This document shows, one piece after another, positions 30,534-39,784 of a stretch of DNA of 64,000 bases (the stretch's first letter is position 1; each line of letters begins with the position of its first letter). The stretch spans positions 576,001-640,000 of the forward strand of contig CAVYTU010000017.1 in assembly GCA_963771465.1 (NCBI GenBank), read 5' to 3'. The notes beneath the pieces are model-generated. The model was not told where the DNA came from, did not search any database, and was given only the letters and a program-made list of their open reading frames with translations. This stretch comes from an uncultured delta proteobacterium (GTDB taxonomy: Bacteria > Desulfobacterota > Binatia > UBA9968). A program made the translations under genes and the position numbers.

Positions 30534-31216
30534 CGCTCTTCTCCTGTGTCGATCACTTTGCGCAGCGTTTCCATCTGGTTCTGCATATGGCGCACCATGG
30601 TGCTTTCGGCGAGGACGGAATTTTTTTTCAAAAAGGCGTCCATGATCTGATCATGCTCACGCATCGAGTAGTCGAGCCGCTGCGGTGTGCGGAGCAGCAA
30701 GATGCGCGTCTTTTGGATTTCATGGCGCAACTGCGCGATGAGCCGATAGAGCCGTTCGTTGCGCGCAAGATCGGCGATGAATCGGTGAAATTTGCTGTTG
30801 GCGTCGAAGTATCCAATCAAATCTCGTTTATGGCAAGCTTCTTTGAGAGCGTGATGCAACTCCCTGAGGTGCTCTACGTCTTGCGCGCTAGCTCTCTCGA
30901 CCGCACGTCTGACCGCCAATCCTTCGAGCACGCCCGCGATGGTGTAGGCGTCCTCGATCTCTTCGCGCGTGGGCTTGCTCACGACCACTTCGTCGGCGGG
31001 CTTAAAGGTGACATAACCTTGCGCTTCGAGGACGCGGAACGCCTCGCGCAGAGCGACGGGCTCGACTTTCAATGTCGCCGCCAAGGCGCTTTCCGAAAGC
31101 GGTTCGCCGGGGGCAAATTTACCGCTGACGATCGCCGCCGTGATTTTCTCAATCAGCAGTTTAGTGAGCGACTTGAAACGTTTTTCCGCGCGGCCGGCGG
31201 CGTGTCCCAGGATCAT
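30530..31216 (-). CDS. GntR family regulator (FCD domain)
   Basis: AIVSGKFAPGEPLSE..LA...LREAFRVLEAQGYV; ANSKFHRFI; EHDQIMDA; MVRH. ATGA overlaps on both sides. Confidence 0.9.
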   Translation of the reverse strand: MILGHAAGRAEKRFKSLTKLLIEKITAAIVSGKFAPGEPLSESALAATLKVEPVALREAFRVLEAQGYVTFKPADEVVVSKPTREEIEDAYTIAGVLEGLAVRRAVERASAQDVEHLRELHHALKEACHKRDLIGYFDANSKFHRFIADLARNERLYRLIAQLRHEIQKTRILLLRTPQRLDYSMREHDQIMDAFLKKNSVLAESTMVRHMQNQMETLRKVIDTGEER

Positions 31217-32727
31217 GAGGGCACTCTTCTCCGGACGCCTTTCAGAAAAGCTTTGATCTCCCAGCGCCGGAATAATTTCATGAACGCATGCTGCACTTTT
31301 TGTATCTGGCTTTTTACCGTAAACAGGCAGACGCCGTCGATCTGCCGGAGATAGACCTCTTGGCCGATCTTGAGCTGGCTGTCCTCTTCGCCTTGAGCCA
31401 TGAGCAATGCGCCGCGCTGGTCGCGCACGAGGGCGAGTGCCAGGGGCGGCAGAAATCCGTCCGGCGTCACGTGCAGCATCGTGAAGGTCTCGATCACGCC
31501 TTCGTCGCTCATGGGGCTTTGTGTTGGCTGTTTTTTTGCGGTCGGACTGACGGGAAGCGGCAAGGGCGTAGCCGAATCAAGAACCGCCGGCGCGTCGGTG
31601 CGCGCCAATATCGTCACGAAGTTGTTGGTGCCGAGCCCGCCGATACTCTGGGTCAGCCCGCGCGCGAAATGACGTCCGTTGGCAGCTTCGCCGCGCAGAC
31701 GTTTGGTGACTTCCACGACTTGCGCCAGTCCGCTTGCGCCGACCGGGTGGCCGCGCGCCTTCAAACCGCCCGAAGGATTGATGGGCAGCGGCCCGTCGAA
31801 AGCGGTTTTACCCTCGAGAACCGCGTCGCCGCCTTTGCCGGCGGAAAAGAATCCGAGATCCTCGGTGGTGATGATCTCGAAAGGGGTGAAGGCGTCGTGG
31901 ATCTCGGCAAAATCGATATGGCGCGGTGCGACTCCGGCCATGTGAAAGGCCCGGGCCGCCGCGACGCGCGTCGCTGGAAATGAAGTGAAGACGTCTCGCT
32001 CGCGCAGGCTCAACGGGCCGGTGCCCTGGCCGATGCCGGACAGGCACACGTCAGTTGGCTGATCGGTCAGGATCACCGCGGCCGCGCCGTCCGTGATCGG
32101 TGCGCAGTCATACAGGCGCAGCGGCGTGGCGACAAACTTACTAGCGAGATAGGTTTCGCGCGTGAGCGCCGTTTGGAACTGTGCCATCGGATTGCGCGAG
32201 CCATTGCCGTGATTTTTTTGCGCTACGGCGCACAGCATGCTCTCCAGGCGCGATTGCGAGAGGCGAAATTTTTGCCGGTATCTTTCGGCGATCATGGCGG
32301 CCAACGCCGGCATCGTCGCGCCGCATTGGCGCTCCTGCTTGTCGATAACCTCGGCCAGGATGCGTGTGGTCGCCGAAGTGCTGAGGTGAGTCATTTTCTC
32401 GCCGGCCAGCACCAGAATCTGATGATAATAACCCGACGCGATCGCCTGAAAACCGCTCATGAGCGCGGCGGCACCGGCCGAAGAGGCGGTTTCGATTCGC
32501 AGTGCCGGAATGCCGGTGAGCCCGAGTTCTTCCGCCACCTGGGAGGCGAGGTTGCTGTCGCCGGTAAACTCTTCGGGGTTCATGGCGCCAATGTAGAGCG
32601 CGTCGACGGTTTGGACGTGGGTTTCCTTGAGCGCTTGTTGAGCCGCCTGGCAGAGGATCTCCACCAGCGAGCGCGAGTCTTTGCCGAACTTGGTCATGCC
32701 GATGCCGGCGAGATATACGGGTTGCAT
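31213..32727 (-). CDS. SCP2-type thiolase-like protein with C-terminal DUF35-like OB-fold
   Basis: GIGMTKFG; RIETASSAG; DCAPITDGAAAV; AEIHDAF; INPSGGLKARGHPVGASG; C-terminal EGVIETFTMLHVTPDGFLPPLALALV..GQEV. Confidence 0.85.
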   Translation of the reverse strand: MQPVYLAGIGMTKFGKDSRSLVEILCQAAQQALKETHVQTVDALYIGAMNPEEFTGDSNLASQVAEELGLTGIPALRIETASSAGAAALMSGFQAIASGYYHQILVLAGEKMTHLSTSATTRILAEVIDKQERQCGATMPALAAMIAERYRQKFRLSQSRLESMLCAVAQKNHGNGSRNPMAQFQTALTRETYLASKFVATPLRLYDCAPITDGAAAVILTDQPTDVCLSGIGQGTGPLSLRERDVFTSFPATRVAAARAFHMAGVAPRHIDFAEIHDAFTPFEIITTEDLGFFSAGKGGDAVLEGKTAFDGPLPINPSGGLKARGHPVGASGLAQVVEVTKRLRGEAANGRHFARGLTQSIGGLGTNNFVTILARTDAPAVLDSATPLPLPVSPTAKKQPTQSPMSDEGVIETFTMLHVTPDGFLPPLALALVRDQRGALLMAQGEEDSQLKIGQEVYLRQIDGVCLFTVKSQIQKVQHAFMKLFRRWEIKAFLKGVRRRVPS

Positions 32728-33019
32728 GGTGTCTCGATTTTATCTCGCAATCGGAGTCATTCCAAGATGACTTCTAAACAAACACAACAATACTGCGTGA
32801 CGTTTGGATCGCGTGGCATTAAATTTTGGTTAACGGCCGACCCGTAGTGACGCGTGAGTCGGTTATTAAGCCTCACACCCCGCTTGCCATTGCTCTAGAT
32901 TGCCGTGGGCGCTGCTTGACCGTGCGTTTTACCCGTACTATCCCTGAACGCCTGTCCACCGTTTGTCGGTGCCGGGTCAGCGTGTCAGGTTTGGGTTGGT
33001 AATCGATCGGAGGTGAAAC

Positions 33020-34066
33020 ATGCAAGTTGTTAAAAGGGCGGGCGTGCGCTTGACGTTGGCGCTGCAAGTTTGCTCGCTGGCGTTGTTTGTTGCCGGTGCT
33101 TTAGCGCAGACTCCTTACTACGCGGGTAAAACCATCACCATCGTGCGCGGTGGCGGCGCCGGTGGCTCGGGCGAGTTTCAATCGCGCGCGCTGGTGCCTT
33201 TTCTCAAGAAATACATTCCCGGAAACCCGACGATCACGATGGAGTTCATGGACGGCGCCTCGGGACGAAAGGGCGCCAACTATATGTATACGGCGAAACC
33301 CGACGGGCTAAAGATCGGTTCGGCGGGAGCGATGATTCCCGGCCCGATACTCGGTTTGGCAGGGAGCAACTACGACATCGACAAGTTCATTTACATCGGC
33401 TCAACGGAGACGGGTAATCCTTACGGATTTTTTACCCGCAAGACGGCGGGACTCGACAGTCTCGATAAAGTCCGGCGCACGCCGGGCGTGCGCGTCGGTG
33501 CGCACTCCGTCGGCCATTCCGTCTATGTGACGGCGCGAATGTTCGCCTACTACCTTGACTTCAAAGACCCCAAATTCGTCGTCGGTTTCAACGATCCGGA
33601 GATGGACGTAGCGCTCAATAACGGCGAGCTCGACGCGCGCACCAGCGGCAACATCGACAGTGTCTTCAAAGATCTCGGCGATCAAGTGCAGTTCCACGCA
33701 ACGATTTCCAATCCCAAAGGACGCTTCGACGCGCGGCTGCCGGGCCTGCCCGACCTTGATTCCTTTGCCAAGAACGACAAAGAGCGCAAGGTGATCGATT
33801 TGCTGCGCGCCTTTCAAGTGCCGCGCTGGCCGCACCATCTGGCGCCGGGCACGCCCCCCGAGCTAGTGAAGATACTGCGCGATGCCATGGCGAAAACTTT
33901 CAAGGATCCGGCCTTCCCGCAGGAATTCAAGAAACTTATGGGACGTGAGCCGTCGCCGCTCACCGGCGAGGAGGTCGAGAAAGCGGTGCGAGAACTGCCG
34001 CGCGACGCCGAGGTGATCGCGCTTTACAAAAAACTCGCCGATGCCGGCGCGCTGCCGCCGCGCTGA
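33020..34066 (+). CDS. TctC/Bug family substrate-binding protein
   Basis: YYAGKTITIVRGGGAGG; YIPGNPT; AKPDGL; PGTPPE; GGAGG RBS. Confidence 0.88.
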   Translation: MQVVKRAGVRLTLALQVCSLALFVAGALAQTPYYAGKTITIVRGGGAGGSGEFQSRALVPFLKKYIPGNPTITMEFMDGASGRKGANYMYTAKPDGLKIGSAGAMIPGPILGLAGSNYDIDKFIYIGSTETGNPYGFFTRKTAGLDSLDKVRRTPGVRVGAHSVGHSVYVTARMFAYYLDFKDPKFVVGFNDPEMDVALNNGELDARTSGNIDSVFKDLGDQVQFHATISNPKGRFDARLPGLPDLDSFAKNDKERKVIDLLRAFQVPRWPHHLAPGTPPELVKILRDAMAKTFKDPAFPQEFKKLMGREPSPLTGEEVEKAVRELPRDAEVIALYKKLADAGALPPR

Positions 34067-34182
34067 TAGACGGATTCGAATAACTCAGGAAAACCGACCG
34101 CTCCGCTCACCAGTCACGCTGATGCCGGGCACGAAGACAACGTAGCGACGTTCGGTTCAGAAGTGTAAACCCACGGCCGGTG

Positions 34183-35277
34183 TTAGTTTACAAAAAGCTT
34201 TTTGATCGCGTCGATGACTTCCGGCGGCTGCTTCATGACTTCCAAGGCTGTCTTTTGCAATTCTGCGCCGCCCGAGTGAACCACATCGAGTCGCAGTTTC
34301 TTGGCCTCGGCAAGTAGCTCTGGGTCTTTTGTCGCCTTCTCATGGGCCGCGCGCAGAATGTTGACACGGTCGGCCGGCGTATTCGGCGCTACGAGAAACG
34401 CCCTGGCCCACTCACCGCCCTGTAACATCGCTTCGGTGGTGCGCCGTTTATTGGCCGGCGTTTTATAGCGATCCATAAGTTCGTAGACGGTCGGCGCCTC
34501 CGCGACGCGTTCACTGCGTTTGCGACCGCTTTGAGCCAGGAAGCGGACGAAACTTGTTTTGAGCCAGCTAAGAAAAGGCTCCCGCCCGTAGTAGGTGGAG
34601 ATGGTCAATCCCATGCATTGGACCTCGCCGCGCTCCAGAGCGATGGCGATTTCGCTACTGCCTGGATAGCCGGTGACATGATTTACTTTGGCACCGACCG
34701 TCTCATCCAAAATTTTTGACATGACATAGTCCGAACTGCCAACCCCGGTCGAACCGCACTTCGGCAGTTCTTTCGCTTTGATGATATCGTCGACCGATTT
34801 GAATGGCGCGTCGGCGCGCGCGAAGATAACCATATCGTCATTTTCAACCGAGCCGATCCAGTTCATTTTCGTGATATCGAATTTAACTTCTTTTTGTCCC
34901 GAAAGTTGACTCAGATAGAGATTATTGTGCGGCGCCAGGATCGTTAAGCCGTCAGGTTTGGCGACGCCCCAAACGTAGTTCGCCGCAGTGACCGAGCCCG
35001 CTCCCGGCATGTTCTGCACTACGATGCTTGGATTTCCCGGAATATACTTGCCCATCTGGCGCGCCATCATGCGCGCGGCACGGTCGTAACCGCCGCCAGT
35101 GCTTAGGCCGACGATGATGCGAATGGTTTTGCCATTGTAGAAATCCGTCTGCGCTCCGACCGACCTGACGAGAGCAACCGTCAAAAGCAATAAGCACAGA
35201 GCCGCTACGGAGCAGTTGCCGAGATTCAATTGTTTGCATGGAAGTCCTTTCACTACGTGATTTTGACTATCCGTCAT
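34183..35277 (-). CDS. TctC/Bug family substrate-binding protein
   Basis: FYNGKTIRIIVG.STGGGYD; IPGNPSIVVQNMPGAG; VTGYPG; ERGEV. Confidence 0.92.
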   Translation of the reverse strand: MTDSQNHVVKGLPCKQLNLGNCSVAALCLLLLTVALVRSVGAQTDFYNGKTIRIIVGLSTGGGYDRAARMMARQMGKYIPGNPSIVVQNMPGAGSVTAANYVWGVAKPDGLTILAPHNNLYLSQLSGQKEVKFDITKMNWIGSVENDDMVIFARADAPFKSVDDIIKAKELPKCGSTGVGSSDYVMSKILDETVGAKVNHVTGYPGSSEIAIALERGEVQCMGLTISTYYGREPFLSWLKTSFVRFLAQSGRKRSERVAEAPTVYELMDRYKTPANKRRTTEAMLQGGEWARAFLVAPNTPADRVNILRAAHEKATKDPELLAEAKKLRLDVVHSGGAELQKTALEVMKQPPEVIDAIKKLFVN

Positions 35278-35964
35278 TTAGCATACCGCATCGTCGTACG
35301 GTTTCCAGCCGCCGTTCCAATCCAAATATTCCAAGCCGGTAAATCTCTTTTTGTAATCGTAGGTGAACGGCTCTCGGTAGGCGTAGCCGGGATAGTAGTA
35401 ACGGCAATTTTGTTGGCGCGAGAACTCGATCGAACGGAGCATCATGAGGATGCCGAGACTACGCTTCGCTTCGGCAGGATCGAAAATGGCGTACACCGCA
35501 GATGTCGAGGACTCGCCGATATCGAGGAAGGTCACACCGACGAGTCTCTCGTGAAGGTAAACGCAGAGTTCGAGATTGACGCATGGAACCTCGGCCGGAT
35601 TCGGCGACAAGAAATTAAACAAGGAGTCGGGGACGTTATCGTCGAAGCGGACGCGATGCTTTTCGAATATCGCTTCTTTCTCGCCGTCAATGAACGATGG
35701 GCGGAGTATTATCTTGGTGTCTTGATTCTTGGCCAGCACGCGCTTTTGGCTGCGGCTCAATGTGAATCGTTCGAGGTCGACGCGCAGCGGCAAAACTGTA
35801 AAGGGTTTCCCCGCATGCACTGAGTACCGATAGCGGACAAAGATAATGCCGAAGTGACGCCAGCCGTCGGCCCAGATTTGATCCATCTTTCTCGGCGAAG
35901 CGCGCAGACAGAGAAAATGTTCGTCGTCGTTAGGGTAGGTCATGGTTTGCAACCAAGCGGCCAC
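35278..35964 (-). CDS. Arginyl-tRNA-protein transferase-like (ATE/Bpt family) aminoacyl transferase
   Basis: GWRHFG; LPLRVDL..F.LSRSQKRV; LVGV..LD....SAVY..FDP..KRSLG; YYYPGY....YDYK. Confidence 0.82.
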   Translation of the reverse strand: MAAWLQTMTYPNDDEHFLCLRASPRKMDQIWADGWRHFGIIFVRYRYSVHAGKPFTVLPLRVDLERFTLSRSQKRVLAKNQDTKIILRPSFIDGEKEAIFEKHRVRFDDNVPDSLFNFLSPNPAEVPCVNLELCVYLHERLVGVTFLDIGESSTSAVYAIFDPAEAKRSLGILMMLRSIEFSRQQNCRYYYPGYAYREPFTYDYKKRFTGLEYLDWNGGWKPYDDAVC

Positions 35965-36001
35965 GTTAGCACTGAGTTCGCTTGTCCATTTTTAGGCGCT
36001 G

Positions 36002-36862
36002 TCAAATCGCGCATCCGCCGAGGGTTATCGGTCCATCGATGACGCTTGCCAACGGTTCGTAGAGTACGCCGCGATAATTGCTCGCCAGCTCGACGCGGCC
36101 AAGATGCGGCGCCGACCGTTCATGGCGGCTTTCCCGCTGGTAGTTGGCGTTCTCGCCAAAGCTGTCCAAGAGATAGTTTGCTAACTCGACTCGCGACACC
36201 GCGCGCGTCGCCGACACGTGGCGCAATCCAGTCTCGTCGCCTTGGGCCAATCGCATTACCCGTAGCGCCAAATGGTTGGCCCAAACCACCGAGCGATATT
36301 CGTCATGGACGATGGTCACGGGAAGCTGGCGCTGAGTGCGATAACGCAGCCAATCCCAATGACCGGTGCGACCGTTGGGCGACGGGCCGATCGCCAGGCC
36401 GACGCGGATGATCAACGAGCCGGGACGATTCATAACCAATTCTTCGGCTTCGACACGGGTTCTGCCGTAGACACTGATTGGGCAGGTCGCCGAGTCTTCG
36501 GCGTACACACCATCGCCGCCAAATACATGATCGGATGAAACGTAGACCAGTCGAGTTTTCGCCGGCAACGCTGCGATCACCCGCTTGAGATAAACCAGAT
36601 TCACCTCGCGCGCCCAATCGGGCGCAGCTTCACAGCGCGGCACGTCGCACACCGCGTGACAGTGCAGCAAGACGTCCGGTTGATATTGCGAGAAGATGGC
36701 ATCAGGCCAAGCCGGTTCTTCAAGATTCAACACCGGCCACTGGCGAATCGACTGGGCGCGATTTGCCCGCGTGATAAAGGGCAAAACCGTATCGGGAAAT
36801 AAGCGCGCGATGCTAAAGCCGAGGATTGAAGTGGCGCCGAACAGGAGCGTGGATGGTGACAT
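36002..36862 (-). CDS. Extended SDR, RmlD (dTDP-4-dehydrorhamnose reductase)-like
   Basis: LLFGATSILG; PDVLLHCHA; LVYVSSDHVFGG; PISVYGRTR; TIVHDEYRS. Confidence 0.82.
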   Translation of the reverse strand: MSPSTLLFGATSILGFSIARLFPDTVLPFITRANRAQSIRQWPVLNLEEPAWPDAIFSQYQPDVLLHCHAVCDVPRCEAAPDWAREVNLVYLKRVIAALPAKTRLVYVSSDHVFGGDGVYAEDSATCPISVYGRTRVEAEELVMNRPGSLIIRVGLAIGPSPNGRTGHWDWLRYRTQRQLPVTIVHDEYRSVVWANHLALRVMRLAQGDETGLRHVSATRAVSRVELANYLLDSFGENANYQRESRHERSAPHLGRVELASNYRGVLYEPLASVIDGPITLGGCAI

Positions 36863-36959
36863 CGGTGTACGCTTAGATTGCTTTTCTCGGTGGTTTCTTC
36901 GAGTGGTATATTCGCTGAATGTTCGAGGCTCCGGGGATGCGAGTGGATAGCGGCGTTTT

Positions 36960-37200
36960 TCAGTGGTCGACCATTATTGCCGTTGAGAAGCGCTCTGCCA
37001 CGTGGTGTGAGCGCGACCTCAGAACTGTGCGACGACTTCAATTTCTTCGATTTGTATCAGGCCGTCGATTATCGCGTCTTCCCAAATGGTCTGCCGCGGA
37101 CAATGGCTTTGCCACGCTTCCATGGCCTCGTCGTATGTGCGGCGGCGGTCGGCGACCCAGGTCAGAAACTCAAGCATCAAAGTTCAGGCGATTCGGCCAT
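36960..37200 (-). CDS. Small conserved-looking hypothetical protein, broken by indels and missed by ORF track
   Basis: My translation: MAESPE(L)LMLEFLTWVADRRRTYDEAMEAWQSHCPRQTIWEDAIIDGLIQIEE / LKSSHSSEVALTPRGRALL. Intact 52-aa core at 37019-37177. End coordinate approximate. Confidence 0.6.
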
Positions 37201-37342
37201 GCCTTTTCACTCACTTCAATTATTCATATATCATCGGCGAAACCGAACCGACTAAATTCCATCATTTCCCTTACAACTTCGCAATGGAGCCGGTTCTCTC
37301 GATTGTTTCGATCGAAACTCTCTGCCAGCGACAGTCCCAGCG

Positions 37343-38752
37343 TCACTTAAAAAATCTGCCGTATTTTTTGATCACCTTATCTTTCATCTCCTTGCTCGAT
37401 CCGGAGGCCAGCGGATAATCTTTGATCCATTCATACGGTCGCGTCGCGTCGATGACGGCGCGGGTGCTGAAGCCTTTTTTATCTTTAGGAATCACCGGAT
37501 CAAGCGGACCGCTCCAGGCGCGCCGGATAAAGTCGGTGTCGTTGGCTGGGTCAGAACGCGTGCACATCGCCCACATCACGTCGTTGATGTCATAGGGATC
37601 GATGTCGTCGTCGACGACGACGATGTAGCGGCCCAGATAGGCGCCGGCGCCGCATTGGGCGGCGACGAAGCCGGCTTGTTTGGCGTGGCCGGGATAGCGT
37701 TGCTTGATCGACACGGCGGTGAAAAATCTTCCTTGAAAGCAGGCGACGCCGCGGATGTCCGGCACCCCGGCTTTTTCCATGTGATCCCAGATGAACGCCG
37801 AGCGCACGAGGTTATCGTCCGAGCCACCTGGCGGGCGCGACGATGGCGCGCCGGTGAGGATCGGATTGTTCCGATGCATCAACCGTTTCACTTTGATGAT
37901 CGGTTCGGTGCGCTCGCCGCTGGCGTAGTAGCCGGTCCATTCGCCGTAGGGCCCTTCGCGCCGTTGCTGATCGGGCAGACACTCGCCTTCGATGGTGATT
38001 TCAGAAAATGCCGGAATCGGCAAGCCGGTGTGCTTGCCGAGCACGACTTCGATCGCTTGGCCACGAATGCCGCCGGCGTAATCGTATTCTGATTTTCCCC
38101 AGGGCAAACTATTCGCCGCCGCGGTCAGCAGCAGCGGATCGTCGCCGAAGCTGATCGCCACCGGACAGGGCCGCCCTTGATCGAAATATTTTTGCCGGAT
38201 GATGCGGCCCTGTTTGCCTGGCGAGATGTAAAGCGCCAGAGTGTCTTTGTCGTGCACCATGACACGGTAGCAGCCGATGTTGACCCAGCCTTCGTCGATA
38301 TCGCGGGTGATGACGAGATGGGCCGTGCCCATGTAGCGGCCGCCGTCTTCTTCGTGCCAGTGCGGCACCGGCAGCGCTAGCAGATCGATGTCCTTGCCCT
38401 CGTAAACGTTCTCCATCACCGGCCCGCTTTCAACGATACGCGGCGGTATATAAGCGGGATTGTTCAAGCGCTGGCGCCAGGCTTGAATAAATTGATTGCG
38501 GTCGTAGTCGAGCGGTAGATGAGTCGTCAAACATTGGCGCTTGAGCGACTGATGATGCACGCCGACGAGCACGCGGTGGCCGGCGGGATAATCTTTGATC
38601 TTGTCGAAGAGAATCGCCGAGTAGGGCGGGTTGCGCGCGTAGACTTCGGTCAGCGCTCCCATTTCGTATTTCCAGTCGCAGCCCTCGACGGTTTTTAGCT
38701 CGCCAAAGCGGTCGACGTTTTCCATCCAGCCACGTAAATCGTTGTAGAGCAT
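37343..38752 (-). CDS. UbiD family (prFMN-dependent) decarboxylase
   Basis: DLRGW; ILFDKIKDY; DGGRY; NIGCYR; EGPYGEWTGYY; VVVDDDID; WAMCTR; IDATRP. Confidence 0.93.
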   Translation of the reverse strand: MLYNDLRGWMENVDRFGELKTVEGCDWKYEMGALTEVYARNPPYSAILFDKIKDYPAGHRVLVGVHHQSLKRQCLTTHLPLDYDRNQFIQAWRQRLNNPAYIPPRIVESGPVMENVYEGKDIDLLALPVPHWHEEDGGRYMGTAHLVITRDIDEGWVNIGCYRVMVHDKDTLALYISPGKQGRIIRQKYFDQGRPCPVAISFGDDPLLLTAAANSLPWGKSEYDYAGGIRGQAIEVVLGKHTGLPIPAFSEITIEGECLPDQQRREGPYGEWTGYYASGERTEPIIKVKRLMHRNNPILTGAPSSRPPGGSDDNLVRSAFIWDHMEKAGVPDIRGVACFQGRFFTAVSIKQRYPGHAKQAGFVAAQCGAGAYLGRYIVVVDDDIDPYDINDVMWAMCTRSDPANDTDFIRRAWSGPLDPVIPKDKKGFSTRAVIDATRPYEWIKDYPLASGSSKEMKDKVIKKYGRFFK

Positions 38753-38773
38753 CTGTTCAGTCCTTTCTGAATA

Positions 38774-38959
38774 TTATCTTTGACCGCGTTGGACAACCAC
38801 CGCTTCCAACTCGGCGTCGGCGATGGCGCCGAAACGTTCACCCGAAAAGCCGACGAGACTCGGATAGAGAACGGCGCAGTCAACGCCGTCGTCGCTCATC
38901 GCCTTAAGCCGGGCGGCTAGAGTCGGCGCTGATGATGCCGTGACGAATTTCCATTTCAA
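38774..38959 (-). pseudogene. Internal fragment of an amidohydrolase_2 gene
   Basis: AARLKAMSDDGVDCAVLYPS...IADAEL matches the RL.DMD.DG.D.AVL(Y/F)PS segment of the intact paralogs; no N- or C-terminal part. Confidence 0.7.
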
Positions 38960-39005
38960 TTTTTCTCTAGCACGCCGTGCCCGATTGTCGATGGATACTT
39001 ATTTC

Positions 39006-39692
39006 TTAATCCATTTCGGCCATCGCCACCGCCACGGCACCGTGAAAGCAGCGTTCGATGGCGAGCGACTCCTCGGCGCCGCGCAAAATCTGCTCAGCGG
39101 TCAAGTCATCGACCACGTAGCGCGTGAAGACTTCTTCGAGCAGATCGGTATGATCCACGTCGGCGACCAGATGAACTTGCACGTTGATGTCTTGGTCTTT
39201 CCTTTTGATGCCGAGCTCGACTTCTTGGCGTTGCACCAAACGCTGGGTCAGCGTGCCGCCCTTGACGATCTGGTCGTTGTTGCGCCGTTCCAAGATGTGC
39301 GAGCAGGCGAGGCCTTCGAGCCAGGGTTTTTCTTGGGCGCAGTGGAGCCAAGCGTAAAACGCGGCGCGCGCGCCGGGAATCATGTCCGATTCTTTGTGAT
39401 TGCCCAAGTCGTCTTCCGTGACGTGCGCCTTGCCCATGCGCGGGTCGTAGATCAATTCATCTTTCTCGTGCTCCCATATCGCGCGTTTAACATCGAGTGG
39501 CGCTCTGCAAGAAACCGCCGCCCAGCAGTCGCGCCGGTTGTTGCTGAAAAAATTCATGTGCAAATGGCGCAACGCGAGCCGCGGCGGTGTGAGCGAGACG
39601 GCGAGCAGCCGGCGAATTTCCGGAGTCTCGTACCATTGGTTGACCATGACATCCAATTGTTTAGCGACTTCGCGCCATTTATTCATTGGCAT
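39006..39692 (-). CDS. Heme-oxygenase-like diiron protein (PqqC/CADD/HDO superfamily)
   Basis: Helical protein with EHEKDEL....H, ILERRN and HLVADVDH (HxxxDxxH) ligand pattern. Confidence 0.72.
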   Translation of the reverse strand: MPMNKWREVAKQLDVMVNQWYETPEIRRLLAVSLTPPRLALRHLHMNFFSNNRRDCWAAVSCRAPLDVKRAIWEHEKDELIYDPRMGKAHVTEDDLGNHKESDMIPGARAAFYAWLHCAQEKPWLEGLACSHILERRNNDQIVKGGTLTQRLVQRQEVELGIKRKDQDINVQVHLVADVDHTDLLEEVFTRYVVDDLTAEQILRGAEESLAIERCFHGAVAVAMAEMD

Positions 39693-39698
39693 GGCGCG

Positions 39699-39728
39699 AA
39701 TATACGTCTGCGCCGAAACTGCTGTCAA
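39699..39728 (-). promoter_or_regulatory. Sigma70-like promoter, likely giving a leaderless mRNA
   Basis: Minus strand TTGACA-N18-TATATT; the -10 box ends 6 nt before ATG 39692; no SD. Confidence 0.55.
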
Positions 39729-39784
39729 TTCAATCGGCAGCGAGATTGTGAGTCGAGATGATCGAAATGGCAACGATTCGGCGA

